From Octopus sinensis (lineage: Eukaryota): a stretch of 64,000 bases of DNA. Shown piece by piece: positions 1 through 11,808 of this stretch. The notes under the pieces are model-generated. The model was not told the DNA's origin. It did no database searches and saw only the letters and a list, made by a program, of their open reading frames with translations. A program made the translations under genes and the position numbers. Position 1 is the stretch's first letter, and each line of letters starts with the position of its first letter. The stretch is from the NCBI RefSeq assembly GCF_006345805.1, contig NC_042999.1:10664001-10728000 (forward strand), given 5' to 3'.

Positions 1-99
1 GTAGCCTAAAGTAGCCTCCCTCATTTGAAGGGAATATTCACCTTGCCAACTCCATGGAGACCTGGATAGTGTTGGTGCCATTAACAAAAACAAAAACAA

Positions 100-232
100 A
101 AGAAGTGCATCCTGCCATAGAAATCACACCAAAGCAAACACTGGATGATGCTGTAATCCTCAGACCTATCAGGTCCTGTTCAACCAGCCCACCCATGCCA
201 GTATAGGACATGAACATTAAATGATGCTGATT
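100..232 (+). mobile_element. Degenerate RTE LINE 3' tail fragment
   Basis: Diverged match to the RTE terminus: catcc..gccatagaaa...cccatgccagtat...cattaaatgatgctgat. Confidence 0.55.
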
Positions 233-385
233 ATATATATATATTCATGCACACTCACACACATTCACACAAAGGGACAGCCTGGTGTAGTCTGAACCCA
301 TGGAGGGACGTAGTTAAGTGCCCTTTATCATCCACATTAAGGAACCAGCAACCTTGGCTGAAGTAACTGCTGACATCAAAACCTT

Positions 386-600
386 AACAATAGTCTTTTC
401 TACTCTCGGCACAATGCCTGAAATTTTGGGGGAGGGGGCCAGTCGATTAGACTGACCCCAATACACGACTCGTACATAATTTATTGACCCCGAAAGGATG
501 AAAGACAAAGTCAACCTCGGCGGAATTTGAACTCAGAACGTAAAGACAAACAAAATACCGCTAAGCATTTTGCTAACATTTCTACCAACTCACCACCTTC
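386..600 (-). mobile_element. tRNA-derived SINE, family B ((ATT)n-tail type)
   Basis: The minus strand has an A-box-like TGGTAGAA..TTAG and a B-box GAGTTCAAATTCC, then the CTTTCATCCTTTCGGGGTC core and the ...CAGGCATTGTGCC..GTAGAAAAG terminus. Same family at 4264, 17372, 25712, 33430, 33686, 39940 and 40216. Confidence 0.8.
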
Positions 601-1059
601 CTGGGTTGGACAATATTTCAATAGAGATGTTGACAGAGCATGCTCCTCTCTGCACAAGAAGTCTCCATCTTTACTTAACTGAAACTAGGACACTGGGAAA
701 ATGCCAACATCATCACCCTTTAATACTAATTTAGGTCATCACTACTGTGCGTAACAGGAAGAGGAGATTTACAAATTTAGGTGAGCAACCAACACTTTAG
801 AGACCATGCCACAGTATTTCCCTGTTGGCTATATCAGAGGCCCTTGATAGGAGGTCAGCAAATGCAATGAAGAGATACTGTGTTGTTGCTTGTTTGTCTT
901 CTGAATCTATCTTGCACTGAAGATTGTATCTATGCTAGCTTAGTTCCTGCAGAAGCCATGTCTTCTAAAAGTATAAACTTGACTAGGAATTTCCCAACAA
1001 TAAACAGTAGTGCTATACCCACCACTGTTGCAGCAAACAAATTTATCTCCTTAATCCTT

Positions 1060-1204
1060 GTATATTGGTGATAATGTTCTTAAGCTGATGTTTAGAACAT
1101 GAATTAACTTGAAAGTTTGATGGAAGGTTTTAAGATCACTTCAAAGGCAAGTTTGCATCAAGAACTAATGGTTGTCTCAAGCATGCAGATATCAAAAGGG
1201 TTAA
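1060..1204 (+). mobile_element. Partial piggyBac-like MITE end
   Basis: Ends tatcaaaagggTTAA; the internal sequence resembles the 45032-45242 element. Confidence 0.5.
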
Positions 1205-1743
1205 GCTCTATTAGCTTTACAATTAAACACACACACACACACACATTAATACGTGTATGAACATGAATGAAAAAAGGAAAAGAAACAAGAATATCTTGGA
1301 CGAAAGACAATGAGAAACCTCAAAGTAAAAGTAGTATCAGATGTTTAGAAGACTGGAAAAGACTAAGTGGTAACCAAGGAATCCTATATAGATATGTATC
1401 TACATCTGAGAACATGCGCTCATGTTATATCGTGTGTGTTTACAGCGGCATGAGATAAATCAACTTTTGTGTACAAACTTATGAAAATGTAGTTGAAAAT
1501 GTCTAGGTGGGTAGTTGACATGTGGTCATATAGTTTTGCATATGATACAGTCTTCTCTCTCTATATATATATGTATGTGTGTATACCTATATATATATAT
1601 ATATGTATATGGGTGTTCCTTTCTGGAGAAGAGCGTATGCTCAAAATGTTAAAGACTTTTTCACTTCTCGAGTGTTAAACTAATACATCTGTTTGTTGTC
1701 TACACCACCTGTCTTTGTCTTTATTCTTTTTGTGAATTATCCC

Positions 1744-1781
<38 letters not shown>

Positions 1782-1785
1782 ATAT

Positions 1786-2006
1786 CATCATCATCATCAT
1801 CGTTTAATGTCCACTTTCCATGCTGGCATGGGTTGGACGATTTGACTGAGGACTGGCGAACCAGATGGCTGCACCAGGCCCAATCTTGATCTGGTGGAGT
1901 TCTACAGCTGGATGCACTTCCTTGTGCCAACCACTCCGAGAGTGCAGTGGATGCTTTTATGCACCACTGGTACGAGGGCCAGCCAGGTGGTACTGGCAAC
2001 AGCCAT

Positions 2007-2008
<2 letters not shown>
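1786..2008 (-). mobile_element. RTE LINE 3' end fragment with (GAT)n tail
   Basis: Reverse complement of the terminus of the 8711-10524 element; the tail abuts a (TA)n tract. Confidence 0.85.
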
Positions 2009-2073
<65 letters not shown>

Positions 2074-2076
2074 GTA

Positions 2077-3226
2077 TCAGGTCATCCCATAAGTTCTGTC
2101 CGATTTTACCTTTTTTAAAATTGAATGAAACTTAATAGTATTTTAGAATGTCTAATGGAATTAAAAATTATTGTTATGCATTTGTGTACATTTAAACCAA
2201 TTAAATATTATTTCACAGAATAGTAAAATTAAAATTTCTTTGATTAAAACCCTTTCTAACATGGAAGTATCCAAATAGCATTTGAGGCACATAATGCTTT
2301 ATGAGTACAAAAAAGGAAACTCTGCAGCTGAAGTGACTTGAAACATACACTCAGTTTATGGGAAAGAATGTTTGAATGAAAGAACTTGCAGAAGATGGTT
2401 TGCAAAATTCAGAAGTGGAGATTTCAGCCTTGAAGATGAACATTCAACAGGACGTCCAGTTGAGTTTGATAATAAGCTCCTTGAGGCATTACTTGAAGAA
2501 AATCCTGCATTATCAGTTGAAGAATTGGCAATAAAACTTAGTTCAAACGAAACAACTGTTTATCATTATCTTCAACAACTTAGAAAGGTTCCTAAACTTG
2601 GAAAATGGGTGCCTCATGAATTGTCCGAAAGCAACCGCAAATTCTGAGTTGACATCTGCTCTTCTCTCACTAACTCATTTCACCCTTTTTGGATAGACTT
2701 GTGACTGGGGACAAAAAATGGATCTTCTATTGAAATGTTAAACATCGTAAACAGTGGCTTGATAAAAGGGAAAAAGCTCAACCACAACCGAGAAGGGAAC
2801 TTCATGGGAAAAAAGTTCTTCTCTCCCGCTTTAGTAAATCAAAAAGGAATGATGTTTCATCAGGACAATGCGCAACCCCCACACTGCAAAGATCACATCA
2901 CAGAAGATCGAAGAGCTTGGTTGGGAAAAAATTCCTCATCCACCTTATTCTCCTGACCTTGCTCCTTCAGACTACCATTTGTTTCGTAGTTTACAGAATC
3001 ATTTGGGGAACATAACTTTCACAAGCCAGGAGGAGGTCGGAACTGACATTTCAGAGTTCTTCGCTTTCAAACCAAAAGAGTTTTACATTGATGGGATTAA
3101 AAAGCTTGTAAACAGATGAAACTCATAGATAATCAGGGAAAGTACATTGATGATTAAATTTCAATTAAATATAACATTTGATCACTTGTTTTCTTTAATT
3201 TGGACAGAATTTATGGAATGACCTGA
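2077..3226 (+). mobile_element. Mariner transposon relic, both TIRs present, internally deleted (about 1150 bp)
   Basis: TIRs TCAGGTCATCCCATAAGTTCTGTCC and GGACAGAATTTATGGAATGACCTGA (2 mismatches), with TA on both sides. Transposase starts at 2261 with stops and frameshifts; WVPHEL, HQDNA and HPPYSPDLAPSDYHLF motifs are present. The segment between the first catalytic block and the QDNA motif is missing. The N-terminus resembles Hsmar1/cecropia-type proteins (from memory). Confidence 0.95.
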
Positions 3227-3574
3227 TATATATATATATGTATGTATGTGGGGGAGGGTATCATATCATATTACATCTACTCTCCACACTTGCATGGGTT
3301 AGCTGGTTCATCATCGAGATATACTGGAGAATGGCATCTCATTCAGGAATGTCATGTGTCTGTGCTCATACCTACACATATGTGTGTGTGTGTGCGTATA
3401 TATATATGGAGAGAGAGAGAGAGTGATCCTATAAATAATGTGGAAAGGGGGGTGCTGGTTATACTTGATTTATTTTTCAAAATTAAGATAAACAAAGCTC
3501 TTTTTTAATCTAAAATAATACTCTCCATTTTAATACTAAAATAATACGCTAAACGATGATGATGATGAGACAGT

Positions 3575-4220
3575 CTGTTCTAAACCCCAGTTTGAGCCGA
3601 CTGCTCCCTATAAAAACTCCAGCTTCTCCGCATCTCGGGGTCATTGGTCCCAGACCTTTTAAGGTCTAGCCACTGACCACACAGGTCACAGCCAGTTCCA
3701 GTGACAACAGCCACATGGAGACTCATCAACTTCGTCCAACAGCATTCAACGACCTCCATCTCCGTTGCCATCATTCGTCCTAATGTACACAGCAACCAGC
3801 AACACTCACACACGTTCTGACACAACACTATTTGTGAATTACTTCACCATGGTTAACAGCAAATACAACCTGCGAGAACTCCTGTATCAAGTGACTGGCA
3901 GCAGCATTGCAGCCACAACTTCTTGATACAGCATTTCAACTATTGTGTACATTGACTACAAACTGGTATTTATCATCTTTGTGTCTGAATATTCTTCTAA
4001 CTTTACATTATAGACTCTTTTAATGCTCTGTACTTAACACACACACATTGTTCTCACGACGGCCTATTATTATGTACACATGACACACCACAGATACACA
4101 TGTTAACCTATCAATAAAATCTTCTCTTAAACATTCTACCCAGTTGTGTCTCTCTTTTCCTTCTGGCACTTATACACATTCATTCTTTTCATATTTACTG
4201 CATCGACCGTGCCATGTACA
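3575..4220 (+). mobile_element. Possible solo LTR
   Basis: Microsatellite-free block with TATA-like ctataaaaa (about 3609), AATAAA (about 4113) and a ...TACA end. No matching TSD found. Confidence 0.25.
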
Positions 4221-4263
4221 AAGGAGCCATTCTTGTTACCTCTCTTCGCATGGTCATTTACAA

Positions 4264-4420
4264 GATCAACCCCAGTACACAACTAGTACTTAATTCATCG
4301 ACCCCGAAAGGATGAAAAGCAAAGTTGACTTTGGAGAATTTGAACTCACGACATAAAGACAGATGAAATACCGTTAAGCATTTCACCCAGTGTGCTAACA
4401 TTTCTGCCATCTTGCCACTT
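4264..4420 (-). mobile_element. SINE family B, 3'-incomplete copy
   Basis: atcgaccccgaaaggatgaaa...gaatttgaactc...ttctgcca matches the other family B copies. Confidence 0.8.
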
Positions 4421-5899
4421 TAATCTGCAAATATATTGAACCCATGGAATGGATAATGAAGATGGCTGTAAATAGCTGCAAGAAGGGAGCAATGTGAATA
4501 AATCATAGGGAGCCACTATTACTGATAATAAACCTGTAGACAAAGAGAAAAACTTCCCCCGCCATGACCTTCCAATGTGTGTTAATGTGTGTTTGTCTCT
4601 CCTTGTTCTCATATTGTGATGCCTCCCCATACAAAGTAGGTTAAGAAATAGCAGCTAATTATCTACTAATTTACTAGGTGCTAATGTAATGGTATGTCCA
4701 GTTTTTGTTAAATTAGTAATACTGAAGTTTCAAAAATTAATTAAAAATTCATCTAAATCACTGAAGAGTTACTAAGTAGAAAATGTAAATATATAGAGCT
4801 CATATTAATCCAGTAACCTAATAAATTTTAAAGGGGTGTTTTGCATCTGATGATGGGAAGAAAGTGAAAGAACAACATGTTTAAATATTAGAAAAGATCT
4901 CAACATTTTAGAAATTAAAAAAAAGACAAATCAAATTAATTAAATTATTGTAGAGTACTTATGATTTAAAAAAAAACAAGCATACAAATAATTTGAATAT
5001 TAACAATTAGATTACAAAAAGAGATTCACTAATTTGTAATTAGCAGAAATGTCTATTTCAGTCAAGGAATGGAGAGGTATGTTTTAAGAATTATAATATT
5101 AGTAATATCAGTCTGTCGATAAAATATTAGAAAAAGGATAAAAAGCAAATTAAGGTGACATCGATGTAACGAGTAATGAGATACCAACTAAAACATAATG
5201 ACTGATAAATCCTTTTCAAATATTAATCAAATATTTAATGAAGTTGATTTTTTTTTTCTCTTTTTGTAAACAGTTTATTGCTCATCGTAAGCCCCAGAAA
5301 TGACTGCTCTTTGAAATGTATTACGATGCGGAATGATGAGAACAGGGAGAGAGAGCACGAGACAACAAGACAGAATGAATGATTTCAAATCCAGCCAATC
5401 CATAACTTAATTAAAGGAATTTGATTCACTGGATTAGGGAAGACTAATAATTAATGATAGGAATGCATTACTAATTACCTTTAGAGCCTTAGGGAGTAGT
5501 GTTCATTGGAATTCATGCATTTTTTTTTGTCTTTTCTTGTAGCCCAGTTTCAATGTAAAAACATCAAATTAGTTGGAGTGGGGAGAGAGAAAGATGGGGG
5601 AGTAAAGAAGAGAGAAACTGCAACAATTGGGTGAAGTGTTTAAAAAGAAAAAACTGGGGAAAATGGGTTTAAAAATTCAAAAACTGAGGCACCAATACAT
5701 GATATGAAAAAGAGAATCGTATTTCTTACAGAAGACTTTGAATACTTTTGGCACTTTGAATTAAAGACATAATATAAACAGGTTTGTCTTGGCAAAAACT
5801 GTTTGACAAGATATTACTAATTTACGATTGCATTACATATATGTAGGTTTCTAACCATCTCTCTTTCTTGAATGACACACACATCTTCATCAAAGACAT

Positions 5900-6290
5900 T
5901 GTTTTAACATCCACTTTCCATACTTGCGTAGGTCAAATGTAATTCATTAAAGTAGATTTTCTATGATCAGATGCCTTTGCTGTTGGCAAATCTCATTTGT
6001 TTGCATGCAAGTGAATATCTCCCAATGACCAGACAGGTTTCCATGGAAGATTGGAAACGACCAACACTACTTTGTATGGGGAGGCATCACAATATGAGAA
6101 CAAGGAGAGACAAACACACACATACATATGCTCCATTCAGTTTTCATCTATCACATCTATTTCTAAGGCTTTTCATTATGCCAGGACTGCAGTACAAAGC
6201 ATTTGCCAAAGGTTCCACATAGTAACACTAAACCCCGAAACCGTGTGTGGCTGGAGAACTGGTTTCTTACCATGCAGTCAACCAAACAAC
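5900..6290 (-). mobile_element. SINE family C (tRNA-like head, internal CA repeat, RTE-like tail), degenerate
   Basis: Head near 6290, (CA) tract near 6112, and an RTE-like terminus (ttttaacatccactttccat on the plus strand) near 5901. Confidence 0.55.
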
Positions 6291-7737
6291 TTCTTTAGAA
6301 AGACAGCTAACCGAGGAGCAGTTTGGTTGTTGTGTGTGCATTAACAGAAGATTTTCAGTTCAAATTCTGGCCTATGTGATGCATGAGACCCTTCAGCAAG
6401 ACATTTCATTTTGCTTCTGTCTCCACAGCCAAAACAACTGTCAGCCAAGAGCTAGTGCAACCCCCCCTCTCTCTTTCTATCTCCCTCCAACTATCATATC
6501 CTAGATGTGTCACTGGTTCAAGAGCGAAGAGGTTGAGTGGGTATCTAAGTCTCCTTATATCTACATAGGGTTCTAAAAAAATTTAGCTAAAGTATGGAAC
6601 AACCTACAAAGACATACACACATAGCCTGCTTTTGGTTATATAGACCCACACACACACACACAAATAAATATATATGCACATATGGATATATGAAGGACT
6701 GTCTGATCAGTTTCGACATAGGAGGATTTGACAACCTACGCTTTCTTTGTCAGTCATAAGGCTTCTGTTGAATGTGACATTCGAGACCTGCCAACAATTT
6801 GCAAAGAAGCCTGCAGATGTTTCAAGTCTGAAGACTACGGGTCAGTGCAGGGGGTATATTTTCCTTCATCTTGAACCCCTTAGCCTGTTAATGTTGGTAG
6901 AAGCAAAGTCTCTTTCACCTGCCCTCCCACATCCTGAGGCACATGTGTGTGTGAATCTGTGTATGTACTGTGATGTAGGTGGGCAGGGCAGTTGTACAGG
7001 TGCCTTGTATTTCTGCAGAGTGAACAACACCCCTTCTACCTTTATCAATTCTGACAACAAGATTCTAGCAGCTGGCAAATTCTGTCACCATCTTTCTTAG
7101 ATAAAAGTTTATGACCACAATTTTCCCACTTCACAATAGCAATTGTTCTCTCTTTGCTTTCCTCTTGCTCCCTTCCGACTCCTCAATCCTAAACCATCCC
7201 TGCTCTTGCATATTTTGATCTCACCTTTTCCCTTGACATACCTCTTGACCTTTTTTGCTCTTTTCCTCTTTGTCCCCTCCCATTCCATTTTCTACTACTG
7301 ACTTCTCCATTCAGTTCAAAACACCACAGGCAGTGGAGATGACTTAGAAATTCCGAGAGACAATGCAAAACTTCATTGCCTGATGATTGGCTGTGCTCAG
7401 CCTGATGATTGGCTGTGTTCAGCACAACCCGTTTCATAATTATTACATTAAAAGGTTCAGCGAGTTAAGGAACATATGTAGCATGGTTTACTCCTTCAAT
7501 TTGGATTTTTGTTCGCATTTGCAGCAGCCCCAGTTGCTGTGAGCTTTATAGAAACTGCTTGTTGAATTTCCTTGCAATTTCAATATAGGGAAAATGCGTG
7601 TCACTCTCAACGCCAGTAAATTGTTTTTGTTTCTCATCGTACACTGTGCACTTTTTGTTTTTCTATACCTACCACACGTTGCAAGAAGCTTACAAACTTC
7701 CTACACCCGGATCACATTTGTATATATTGCATTATAA

Positions 7738-8545
7738 TCTTCGTCATTTAATGTCCATATTCCAATGCTGGCATGGGTTGGACAGTCCGATAGGATTTGA
7801 AGAGTCCCTGGATGACATCATGTTCCACTGCCGATTTTGGTATAGTTTTTACAGCAGGGGACTCTTCTCAATGCCAACCTCAATACAGTGTGAACTAGGT
7901 TCTTTTTTATTTGTGCCACCTGCCCTATTGAAGCTGCTGTGCAGTTTGCAGAATTACAGACCCTGGGTGAGGTGATGAGGGGTCAACATCATGCTAAGAG
8001 GCAAGGATATTACTGGGATGGTGGGGGTTCAGAGTAGGTTACTGTAGAGGAAATCTGCATGGTTACGTACATCTAGTAGGGAAGAAGGGGTAGAAAGAAA
8101 AAAATAAGGAGGAGCTGCAAGAGATAGATAATGGGAATGAGGTGTCCAGGGGACAGCACAAACCATAAGTTGAGTAGAAGTTTGCCAGATTGTAGGGGGG
8201 GGGGGAAGATGAATGAGGCGTGAAGAGGCAAACAGCCAAAATGGGTAGGGGTGAAGGGTGGCTGAGACAACAATCATGAGCTGGGGAAGATAGAAAGTTG
8301 CAGAAGAGTGGGAGCAACAGGTATAGTAAAAATGATACAATTGTTGAGGGAGGGGCACAAGTGAGATGTGACATGGTTGGGTGTTCTTTAGGAGCTAGGA
8401 GAGAGAGGGGAGGGGGGCTATTCCTGGTATTATTTTTATTAATATTCTTGGTAATGTTGTTAGCAGAATTATGTCTCCACTTCCTAATACTCTGACTGTT
8501 TACTCCATTAGTGTTGAGAAGTATCAAGTGATTTTCTCTTTGTAA
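7738..8545 (-). mobile_element. RTE-related 3' fragment with long C-rich 3' UTR (older subfamily)
   Basis: RTE terminus on the minus strand at about 7738-7930, adjoining a purine/G-rich plus-strand tract at 8000-8540. Same architecture as 24780-25600 and 38500-39835. Confidence 0.5.
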
Positions 8546-8710
8546 CCCTAACCCTGTCAAGTGGCTTCCTTACCGTGCCGAGAAGGTTGCCAAAAGATAT
8601 TTTCATTTGCTAAGAGAAAGAAAATTCTAATGGAAACCCCATTTACGAGTGAATTAATTATAGTCAAATCACTGATCTCTCTAAAATTTCGATATTTACC
8701 TCACAATAAA

Positions 8711-10524
8711 TTTATGACAGGGTCCCCCGATCTCTTATCTGGTGGGCAATGAGAAAACTAGGGATAGATGAATGGTTAGTGAGAGCTGTGCGGGCCATGT
8801 ATAGGGACGCTGCTAGTAGGGTGAGGGTTGGAAATGAGTACAGTGAAGAATTCCGGGTAGAGGTAGGGGTCCACCAAGGCTCAGTACTCAGCCCCCTCCT
8901 ATTTATCTTAGTCCTCCAGGCAATAACGGAGGAATTCAAGACAGGATGCCCTTGGGAGCTCCTCTATGCTGATGACCTTGCTCTAATTGCTGAGTCGCTA
9001 TCAGAACTGGAGGAGAAGTTTCAGGTGTGGAAACAAGGATTAGAATCGAAGGGCCTCAGAGTCAATCTAGCTAAAACCAAAGTCGTAATCAGTAGGAAGG
9101 TAGACAAATCACAAACACCTTCAGGTAGATGGCCCTGCTCGATCTGTAGAAAAGGTGTAGGTAGAAACTCTATAAGATGCACCAAGTGTAAGCTATGGAC
9201 ACATAAGAGATGCAGCAATGTCAAAGGAAGGCTAACTAGGAAGATGGTTTTTGTATGTGGCAGATGCTCAGGAACAATAAACACTGAAAATGCTCTGAGA
9301 CCAACTTCCGTCACTTTCCAGGGAGAAAAACTAGAAATAGTTGATAGTTTCCGTTACCTAGGTGACCAAGTCAGCAGCGGGGGCGGGTGTGCTGAAAGTG
9401 TAACTGCTAGAGTAAGAATAGCTTGGGCAAAGTTCAGAGAGCTCTTACCTCTGCTGGTGACAAAAGGCCTCTCGCACAGAGTGAAAGGCAGACTGTATGA
9501 TGCGTGTGTACGAACAGCCATGCTACATGGCAGTGAAACATGGGTCATGACTGCTGAGGATATGCGTAAGCTCGCTAGAAATGAAGCCAGTATGCTCCGA
9601 TGGATGTGTAATGCCGGTACTCACACTCGGCAGAGTGTAAGTACCTTGAGAGAAAAGCTGGACCTAAGAAGCATCAGTTGTGGTGTGCAAGAGAGACGTT
9701 TGCGCTGGTATGGTCATGTGGCAAGAATGGATGAAGATAGTTGTGTGAAAAAGTGCCACACCCTAGCGGTTGAGGGAACCTGTGGAAGAGGCAGACCCAG
9801 GAAAACCTGGGACGAGGTGGTGAAGCACGACCTTCGAACTTTAGGTCTCACTGAGGAAATGACTAGAGACCGAGACCTCTGGAAGTGTGCTGTGCGCGAG
9901 AAGACCCGGCAGGACAAGTGAGTCCACAACCCGTGGCCTTCTACATGGGATGGAGCCAGCCTACGTATGCATACCTTCCCTTCTTGGGACACAAAACTCT
10001 ACTTGTGAAGACGTGTTGAGGCAAGTGAGGATCAGAATCGAAATCGATCAATGGAAATTGCGGATGTGCTACCAGTGCCAGTGGCATGTCGAAACTCTGC
10101 TTGTGAAGACCCATTGAGGCAAGTGAGGATCAGAATCGAAATCGATCAATGGAAATTGCAGATGTGTTACCAGTGCCGGTGGCATGTAAGAGAACTTTCC
10201 GTTTCGCGACCGTTGCCAGCACCGCCCCGTTTCGTGTCCGTTGCCAGCCTCGCCTGGCCCTCGTGCCGGTGGCACATAAAAAGCACCATCCGTTCGTGGC
10301 CGTTTGCCAGCTCTGTCTGGCACCAGTGCGGGTGGCACGTAAAAAGCACCCACTACACTCACGGAGTGGTTGGCGTTAGGAAGGGCATCCAGCGTAGAAA
10401 CACTGCCAGATTTGACTGGGCCTGATGAAGCCTTCTGGCTTCACAGACCCCAGTAGAACCGTCCAACCCATGCTAGCATGTAAAACGGACGCTAAATGAT
10501 GATGATGATGATGATGATGATGAT
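8711..10524 (+). mobile_element. 5'-truncated RTE-clade LINE (RT C-terminal half, 3' UTR, (GAT)n tail)
   Basis: The frame opens at YDRVPRSLIWW. It contains GVHQGSVLSPLLF, LLYADDL, FRYLG, LHGSETW, RRLRWYGHVARM and RGRPRKTW, with the stop at 9921. The 3' UTR ends aacccatgctagcatg..cgctaaat(gat)n. Confidence 0.95.
8749..9921 (+). pseudogene. Uninterrupted 390-codon RT ORF fragment of the RTE LINE, including a C4HC3 zinc finger
   Basis: ORF track translation. No endonuclease or N-terminal RT motifs are present, so this copy is not autonomous. Confidence 0.9.
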
Positions 10525-11808
10525 ACTAATTGTTGCCGAAACTACTTTCAATTTGCTTCCAGCCTGAGATAATATCTTTATAATACATGTTTCATCATTC
10601 CTAGTTTATAGCCTTGATAATTCATTAGAATTTATTAGAATCTTATAAATTCTTTTAACAGTTATCAACATTTGTGACTTTTATAATTATTTATAATTCT
10701 CGAATATTCCTCTAACATTTTCTAATGCTCCCTATCATTTTAAATTATTATAGTAGTGAACTAACCTATTCATTGAACAATAAGATTTTAATTGATTGAT
10801 TCTCAATAATATTGCAGTAGAATTAGTTACTAGAAATGTTAGGATTCATGTTTACTAGAAACATTGGTTCTGTTTTTTTCTTCTCTCTGGCCTTTCAGCT
10901 TGTAACTTCATTACAGCTAAATAACTGATCTCTCTAAATTTAGATATTTAACACAGATTACTATCTTTATGTTAACACTGATTGTTGCCTAAACTACTTT
11001 CATTAGTCTCGTATACATATTTGTTTATGCCAATACCATGTTCCCTATCTGATTTATCCTCTTCAGTTTCTACGTAAGTATTTATAGGTTATGATTGCAG
11101 ACACAGGGATCACGGCTACCTTTATATATTAATCATTTTCATTTTATTTTCCTTTCTTACCTTCTTTTTCCTCCAGATCCTCTGAAATTCAAGTCTTTGC
11201 AATTTTCCTTAAATTGTTCCTATGAATTATAATTAGCTGGACCTCCCTTATTTAAAATTAATATTCTATTAGATCTGCAATAATCAATCAGATTACTTTA
11301 ATCAAAATAAATAAATAATACTGGAATTTATTAACCAAGTCATTCCTTAATGTGCTAAATGATAAAAACACAGGGAAACGCTCTTTTAAAGAACAACACG
11401 GGCATCTGTCTTCAACTGTATTTTGATTGAGTCAAATGTTATGCTTTGTATATCTGTCAGTATTCAAACATGTTTTGCCACCACCAGTATTTGCAAGCAA
11501 GATTGCTAAGTTTAATGACATCTTTTGAATAGAAATGTCTTTTAATCATTCCTTAATTTACATCCACATTCTGCTACCCACCTTCATTGATTGACAGATT
11601 GCTGTCCCACCCACTTTGCATTTCTTAAATGTTGGTAATTCCATTTAGAAATTTCATGTATTGATGATCTACTGATTAATCAACGTGTAACTGCTCACTT
11701 AACGAGTTGAGAGTTCTGTAATGTATTACAAAACTGTATTGAAGTTGCACATACAGCACACTTGACTCTACCATTTTTTCATCACAAACACTCTTAATAA
11801 AACAATTA

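Noticed and set aside
5325-5400. C/D snoRNA from the ATGATGA box
   Set aside because: No suitably placed CTGA box or terminal stem.
6919-7012. Possible next ARHGAP39 exon (KYKAPVQLPCPPTSQ...)
   Set aside because: The phase-0 acceptor fits, but the donor (gtgaaa) is weak and I recognise no homology; needs RNA-seq.
10421-10445. CTGATGA-AGCC(TTCT)GGCT as a hammerhead core
   Set aside because: No GAAA follows stem II, and other RTE copies lack CTGATGA at this position.
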